Shown piece by piece: positions 59,278-64,000 of a DNA stretch of 64,000 nucleotides. The position numbers were made by a program, and so were the translations under genes. This DNA comes from Oceanispirochaeta sp. Lineage in GTDB: Bacteria > Spirochaetota > Spirochaetia > DSM-2461. The notes below the pieces were generated by a model. It ran no database searches and was not told where the DNA came from. It saw only the letters and a list, made by a program, of their open reading frames with translations. The stretch spans positions 1,056,001 to 1,120,000 of the forward strand of contig CAXXXD010000003.1 in assembly GCA_963663385.2 (NCBI GenBank), given 5' to 3'. The stretch's first letter is position 1. Every line of letters starts with the position of its first letter.

Positions 59278-60615
59278 ATGAATTCAATATCCTTAAAGGA
59301 TAAGTTGCCCCCATACAATGAAGAAGCGGAAGCTGCTGTACTGGGGGCTCTTCTTATTAATTTTTCCCTCGATTCCCTGGATATGGTCCGTCAGTATCTG
59401 AGAGCGGGAGATTTCTTTAAAACAGCTCACCAGAAGATATTTCAATCTATTGAAAATCTTGAAAAAAAAGGTTCCGGTGTAGACCTCCTGACTGTTACGG
59501 AGCAGCTGAAGGCGGATGCTCTTCTGGAAAAATCCGGCGGTGTGGGGTATATCGCAGAATTAACCTCTTCTGTTCCGAGTACGGCCAATATAGAGTACTA
59601 TTCGAAGATTGTGCAGGATTGCAGTATCCGCAGAAAACTTCTTAATATCGGCGGGGAAATCCATGCCCAGGCACATGATGATTCCCGTGAAACCGATGAA
59701 ATCTTAGAGGATATTGAGCGTAAAATTTTTGAAATTAACGATCAACGCTCCATTGACTCTATGAAGTCAGCCGGTGAAGTTATTAAAGATGCCATTTATG
59801 CTATAGAACAGAGGTACTCCCAGAAAGGGGATTTTACAGGTATCCCTTCGGGATTTGACGAACTGGATGCCATGACTACAGGTTTCCAGAAGTCTGAGAT
59901 GATTGTAATCGGAGCCCGGCCTTCTGTTGGTAAAACTGCTTTTGCCCTTACATTGGCTGCCAATGTAGCAATCAAGAACAGGATAAACTGTGGTTTTTTT
60001 ACTCTTGAAATGACAACCCTATCGGTAATGCAGAGGCTTTTATCCATACAGGCTAATATCAACTCTAATAAAATTCGAACAGGTTTGCTGAAACCCTCGG
60101 ATTTTAACAGTATAACAGATGCAGCCAGTCATATTTATGAAGCTCCCTTGTGGATCGATGATACACCGAATATGAAACTACTTGATCTCCGTTCCCAGGC
60201 TCGAAAAATGGTAAGTAAGCATGGTGTAAAAATCATATTCATTGACTACCTGGGGCTTATCACATTTGAAGATAAACGAATTCCCCGGCATGAACAGATG
60301 TCGGAAGTCAGTCGATCTTTGAAGGCGCTTGCAAGAGAACTGGATGTTCCAATTATTGCTCTTTCCCAGGTCGGTCGTCAGACCGAAGGAAAGGCTCCCG
60401 GTCTTGCTGACCTGAGGGAATCCGGAGCCATTGAGCAGGATGCGGACATGGTAATGTTCCTTCATCGCGACAGAGGTATTGATAATGACGGCGGACCGCC
60501 CGATAATATAGAAACAGAGTTAATTGTGGCCAAACAGAGAAACGGCCCTGTGGGAACAGTAAAAATGGCTTTCATACCCCATTATACAAAATTTGTTCCT
60601 TTAGCTCATACCTGA
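59278..60615 (+). CDS. dnaB: Replicative DNA helicase (no intein)
   Basis: PPYNEEAE, GARPSVGKT, IDYLGL, DLRESGAIEQDAD, KQRNGPVG. Confidence 0.98.
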   Translation: MNSISLKDKLPPYNEEAEAAVLGALLINFSLDSLDMVRQYLRAGDFFKTAHQKIFQSIENLEKKGSGVDLLTVTEQLKADALLEKSGGVGYIAELTSSVPSTANIEYYSKIVQDCSIRRKLLNIGGEIHAQAHDDSRETDEILEDIERKIFEINDQRSIDSMKSAGEVIKDAIYAIEQRYSQKGDFTGIPSGFDELDAMTTGFQKSEMIVIGARPSVGKTAFALTLAANVAIKNRINCGFFTLEMTTLSVMQRLLSIQANINSNKIRTGLLKPSDFNSITDAASHIYEAPLWIDDTPNMKLLDLRSQARKMVSKHGVKIIFIDYLGLITFEDKRIPRHEQMSEVSRSLKALARELDVPIIALSQVGRQTEGKAPGLADLRESGAIEQDADMVMFLHRDRGIDNDGGPPDNIETELIVAKQRNGPVGTVKMAFIPHYTKFVPLAHT

Positions 60616-60639
60616 TATTATTAAGTGGGAGGTCGTACA

Positions 60640-60939
60640 ATGAATTTTGAAGAAACCTATGGGTTGGATGAAATAAAAAATGAAGTGGAAGAAGTAGCTT
60701 TTCAGGAGCTGGAGACACAGCTTAATAATATATCTGACGAAGATATATGTAAATGTAAGGACTGTGTCCAGGATATGGCTTGTTTTGCACTGAATCAGAT
60801 TAAACCCCGGTATACAGTCTCCCTGCTAGGAAGTTTGTACACCAGAGCGGAAACCGATTCCCTTTTGGATGATATAAGGGAAGTTGTGGCTCTGTCAATT
60901 GAAAAAATCAGTCAGAATCCGCTGCATAGTAAATCCTGA
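60640..60939 (+). CDS. ComFB family protein
   Basis: KNEVEE..CKCKDCVQDMACFALNQIKPRY..V...P.H; GGAGG SD. Confidence 0.88.
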   Translation: MNFEETYGLDEIKNEVEEVAFQELETQLNNISDEDICKCKDCVQDMACFALNQIKPRYTVSLLGSLYTRAETDSLLDDIREVVALSIEKISQNPLHSKS

Positions 60940-60950
60940 CTTTAAGTTAT

Positions 60951-61002
60951 TTAAAAAAAAGGGTGATTGATCCTATAGGATTTAAGTCACCCTTTTTTTT
61001 AA
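60951..61002. terminator. Bidirectional intrinsic terminator between convergent operons
   Basis: A8-GGGTGA...TCACCC-T8 stem-loop. Confidence 0.9.
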
Positions 61003-61022
61003 AAGAATCTGATATAGGTATT

Positions 61023-63155
61023 CTAATTCTGTCTGACAATAATACAACTGTTTCTGACTGATCTTGTGGTGTTGCTTTGAAAAGTATTTAAGAAATCAGA
61101 AGCTGAAGAAGAACTTATATAAGGTTTGGCTTCCTGACCGGGGATGGCAATCCAGGAATTGTCTTCCATCAGGTAGAAGTCCAGAATTATCCTTTCGGTA
61201 CGGGGATTGAAAAGAGAAAGGGATCCGTCGGTATTCAGTATATAGAGCAGAGAGTTATGATAAAAAATCTTTTCTATATTTTTATCATAATCCCAGATCT
61301 TTTTCCGTGAGCCTGAAATACGTATGATATCCCGTCCGGTTATCGTTCCATAGAGAGTGGGAGTGTAGGAACTGGTATCGGCTGTGAAGATCGCATCTAT
61401 CCATTCTCCTGTACGGAGAAAAACAGTACTGACGCTGGAAGGATTGTTGATGCTGTGACTTTGTATACTGGTTTCTACAGTATTATTCCCTTTATTCGCT
61501 AAACCAATGGTAAAAGTCCGGTTACTGTCAGGCAGGGACAGAATATCATAAACTAAAAAACGATCATCCTGCAGGGGGATGATCTCTCCCGTATCTGTCT
61601 GTACGGTAAACATGGGATTCCTTCCGGATTTCATTAAAGATTTTCCTCCCAGAAGGGTGGAATCATTGAGAAAATTCAGACTTACCATTCCCAGTGCGGA
61701 AAATTGGAAATCCCTGATTCCAGTATGAATATTATTCAGGGATGCTTCACCGCTGTTTTCAAGAACCAGAACCTGGTCATTGCGGACATGAAGTTGATTC
61801 AGAGCGGATTCGAAACTATAGTTACTGTTTAAAATGGCATTATTGTCCGGGCTGTAAATGACATAGCCTTTTTCAACACTGTTCCTGGTCCATATAATCA
61901 TTTTTTCGGAGTCTACGGCTTCAATTTCCGAATCACCCGGCAGGGGACTGTCCTGGCGGGTAATATTCAGGTCTGAAAATCCTCTAAGAGAGGTGTCGCT
62001 GCCGGTAAAATGACTACTCTGGAGTCTTGTCAAACTTTTATCGGACAGGATAAAGAGGGAGTCATCCATAAAGTTCAGATCCTTCAGGTCGGAAATAAGA
62101 TTTTTCTTGAATACTGCGGGGCGCAGTGTTTCGCTGTCAATTTCCCAGATTTTACCGGTAGTATCCGCCAGAAAGAGCCGTCTGCCGGTTAATCTGGAAT
62201 CTGTGAGATTGCCGCTTAAACTAAAATATTCCGTACTGTTCTGAAGGGACTCCGCTAAACCGAGAGTTTCCGTTTGCCCGAGGAAGGAACCGATTTCCAT
62301 AGGAGAGAAGAAGGCTTCCGGGGTTTTTACCATCACAGTTTTCAATCTGCCTGTATTGGACTTTGTAATGATGGCAATATTGCCGGTATCAGGATCCACC
62401 GAAAAACTCAACATATTTTCCTGTTCAAGGGTATCCCTTACATCACCGTTTAAACGATCTATCAAAAACAGGGTTTCTGCCTTTCTGGCAACAAAATACC
62501 TCTTTCCTTCAGTTTGCAGTACTGTTATCTCTCTGAGGTCGGTCAGAGTGTCTGCTTCATTCTGAAGTGTAGATGTTCTGATATCCCAGTATTTCAGGGT
62601 TCCTGAATTGCTGTAAGTCATAACCCGGGATTCGGAACCGCCGATATAGGCATAACTGAAAAGATCGTACAGACGCTTCAGATAGCTGAAATCCCTTCCT
62701 GTCTGGCTATCCATCATGACCATGCTTGGCGAGCTGATCTTTGTTAAAAAAAGGTACTTCCCCTTTGCTGAATAGTCAAACTGAATGGGCTTGTCATTTA
62801 ATTCTCTGCTGAACAGTTCCTTGTTTTTAACCCAGTCCCATACGGCAATTTTAGTGTAGCCGGGACGGGATACCAGAATCGCAAACTGCTTTTTTTCGGG
62901 ATGAGTTTTCAGTTGTATTGTACCTTTCAAACCGGTATTGACTTGGTACACCAGTTTGTTCGTAGTCAGATCCCACACTTTAACAAGACCATTATTATCT
63001 GCGGAAATGAGGGTCTTGCAGCAATCATGGCTTACTATGGACTCTATACTGTCCTTATGTCCTGAGTCTATTATCAGTCTGGAGGAATTTTGTGTCCATG
63101 CCAGATAAGGGATAGTGAATATCATCAGAAGTAAGGCAAAACGTCTGTTCAACAT
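61023..63155 (-). CDS. Exported WD40/beta-propeller protein
   Basis: Signal peptide; GHKDSIESI..LISADNNGLVKVWD; GTLKYWD. Confidence 0.85.
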   Translation of the reverse strand: MLNRRFALLLMIFTIPYLAWTQNSSRLIIDSGHKDSIESIVSHDCCKTLISADNNGLVKVWDLTTNKLVYQVNTGLKGTIQLKTHPEKKQFAILVSRPGYTKIAVWDWVKNKELFSRELNDKPIQFDYSAKGKYLFLTKISSPSMVMMDSQTGRDFSYLKRLYDLFSYAYIGGSESRVMTYSNSGTLKYWDIRTSTLQNEADTLTDLREITVLQTEGKRYFVARKAETLFLIDRLNGDVRDTLEQENMLSFSVDPDTGNIAIITKSNTGRLKTVMVKTPEAFFSPMEIGSFLGQTETLGLAESLQNSTEYFSLSGNLTDSRLTGRRLFLADTTGKIWEIDSETLRPAVFKKNLISDLKDLNFMDDSLFILSDKSLTRLQSSHFTGSDTSLRGFSDLNITRQDSPLPGDSEIEAVDSEKMIIWTRNSVEKGYVIYSPDNNAILNSNYSFESALNQLHVRNDQVLVLENSGEASLNNIHTGIRDFQFSALGMVSLNFLNDSTLLGGKSLMKSGRNPMFTVQTDTGEIIPLQDDRFLVYDILSLPDSNRTFTIGLANKGNNTVETSIQSHSINNPSSVSTVFLRTGEWIDAIFTADTSSYTPTLYGTITGRDIIRISGSRKKIWDYDKNIEKIFYHNSLLYILNTDGSLSLFNPRTERIILDFYLMEDNSWIAIPGQEAKPYISSSSASDFLNTFQSNTTRSVRNSCIIVRQN

Positions 63156-63156
63156 A

Positions 63157-64000
63157 TTATTTCCTCGAAAAAAATAGAATATCATTCATGGTTGCAAAAA
63201 TAATCAGTCCGAACACCAGAAAAGTGCCCAGCAGCTGATACCTGTATATTGCTTGAGGATTGGGTTTCCGTCTGAAAATACCCTCAATCAGAAATAAAAT
63301 GATCTGTCCGCCGTCCAGTACGGGAATGGGCAGAAGGTTCATAACGCAGAGGGCAACATTAATCAGAGCAATAAACCGGAAAAAAGTCAGAAACCCTTCT
63401 CCCATACTGTTTCTGAAACCGGAAAAAGCCAGATCTCCAGTCAGATAGGTTATTCTCAGTGGACCGGATACGGCTGACTGCAGGTCTATTCCCCGGAAAA
63501 GAAGGGCAATCCCCTTGATTGATGAAATCAGAGTATGAGCTGTCTCAGAGAATCCATCTTTCAGCGAGAGAAAAAAATTCCCGCTCTGTGTTCTTGATTC
63601 TATAAAATCGTACTGAATTCCCGGATCGCTGATTTTTACAGCTTCCGGAAGAACGAACTCTTTTCTCTGTCCTTCTCGTATAACAGCAAAACTTTCCAGA
63701 GGATTACGGTCAATAATGGACGATAGCTGTACGGCATGGTAAATATCAATTCCATTTATTTGCTGAAATCTATCCCCGGGTAGAACTCCCTGTGAATTAA
63801 AGAGAGAGGTTTCCGAGAGTTTACGGACTACAGGTTCTATCCAGGGATAAATGCCTACATACCCGGATCCGGACTGTAAATTTAATTCAGGAACGATTTC
63901 CAGGGATCTTTCTGCTCCTTCCCGTTCAATTGTCAGCATAAGAGTTTCTTCGGGATTTAGGGAAACCTCCTTCTGTAACTGATCAAATCGGTAAATTCCT
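63157..64000 (-). CDS. rseP: RIP metalloprotease RseP, C-terminal part (5' end outside window)
   Basis: PDZ-like segment, VSGPLRI, NLLPIPVLDGG, MNDI. Confidence 0.93.
   Translation of the reverse strand, partial: GIYRFDQLQKEVSLNPEETLMLTIEREGAERSLEIVPELNLQSGSGYVGIYPWIEPVVRKLSETSLFNSQGVLPGDRFQQINGIDIYHAVQLSSIIDRNPLESFAVIREGQRKEFVLPEAVKISDPGIQYDFIESRTQSGNFFLSLKDGFSETAHTLISSIKGIALLFRGIDLQSAVSGPLRITYLTGDLAFSGFRNSMGEGFLTFFRFIALINVALCVMNLLPIPVLDGGQIILFLIEGIFRRKPNPQAIYRYQLLGTFLVFGLIIFATMNDILFFSRK

Noticed and set aside
59278..60615. Intein or intron in dnaB
   Set aside because: Normal length (445 aa) with contiguous motifs

Overview
A mostly core-genome window from a spirochaete, probably a free-living member of the Spirochaetaceae. 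This is inferred from gene order matching known Borrelia/Treponema clusters: smpB-lepB..yebC-ruvCAB-queA; tmk..tamB-bamA-skp-mutS-comF-rimP-nusA-infB-rbfA-truB-rpsO-pnp..lptFG-tgt-murJ; and rpsF-ssb-rpsR-rplI-dnaB. The first ~14 kb is more accessory. It holds an L/F-transferase, an MCP, RecQ and three c-di-GMP enzymes around the tmRNA gene; one cyclase is bracketed by two copies of a structured ~59-bp repeat with compensatory base changes. The best candidate for an undescribed system is a four-gene operon at 51.9-56.1 kb: ROK repressor with a XylR-like operator, PPi-type PfkA, PIG-L deacetylase and a GlmS-like SIS deaminase. It looks like a non-canonical N-acetylhexosamine catabolic route. Other points of note are a putative beta-barrel plus TonB-like gene pair coupled to tamB-bamA-skp, a ComFB-family gene after dnaB, several apparently leaderless genes, ribosomal/NusA leader RNAs and a GGYQG repeat tract in IF2. 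I found no CRISPR array, IS element, integrase, rRNA or tRNA. All calls come from motif recognition only; no searches were run.
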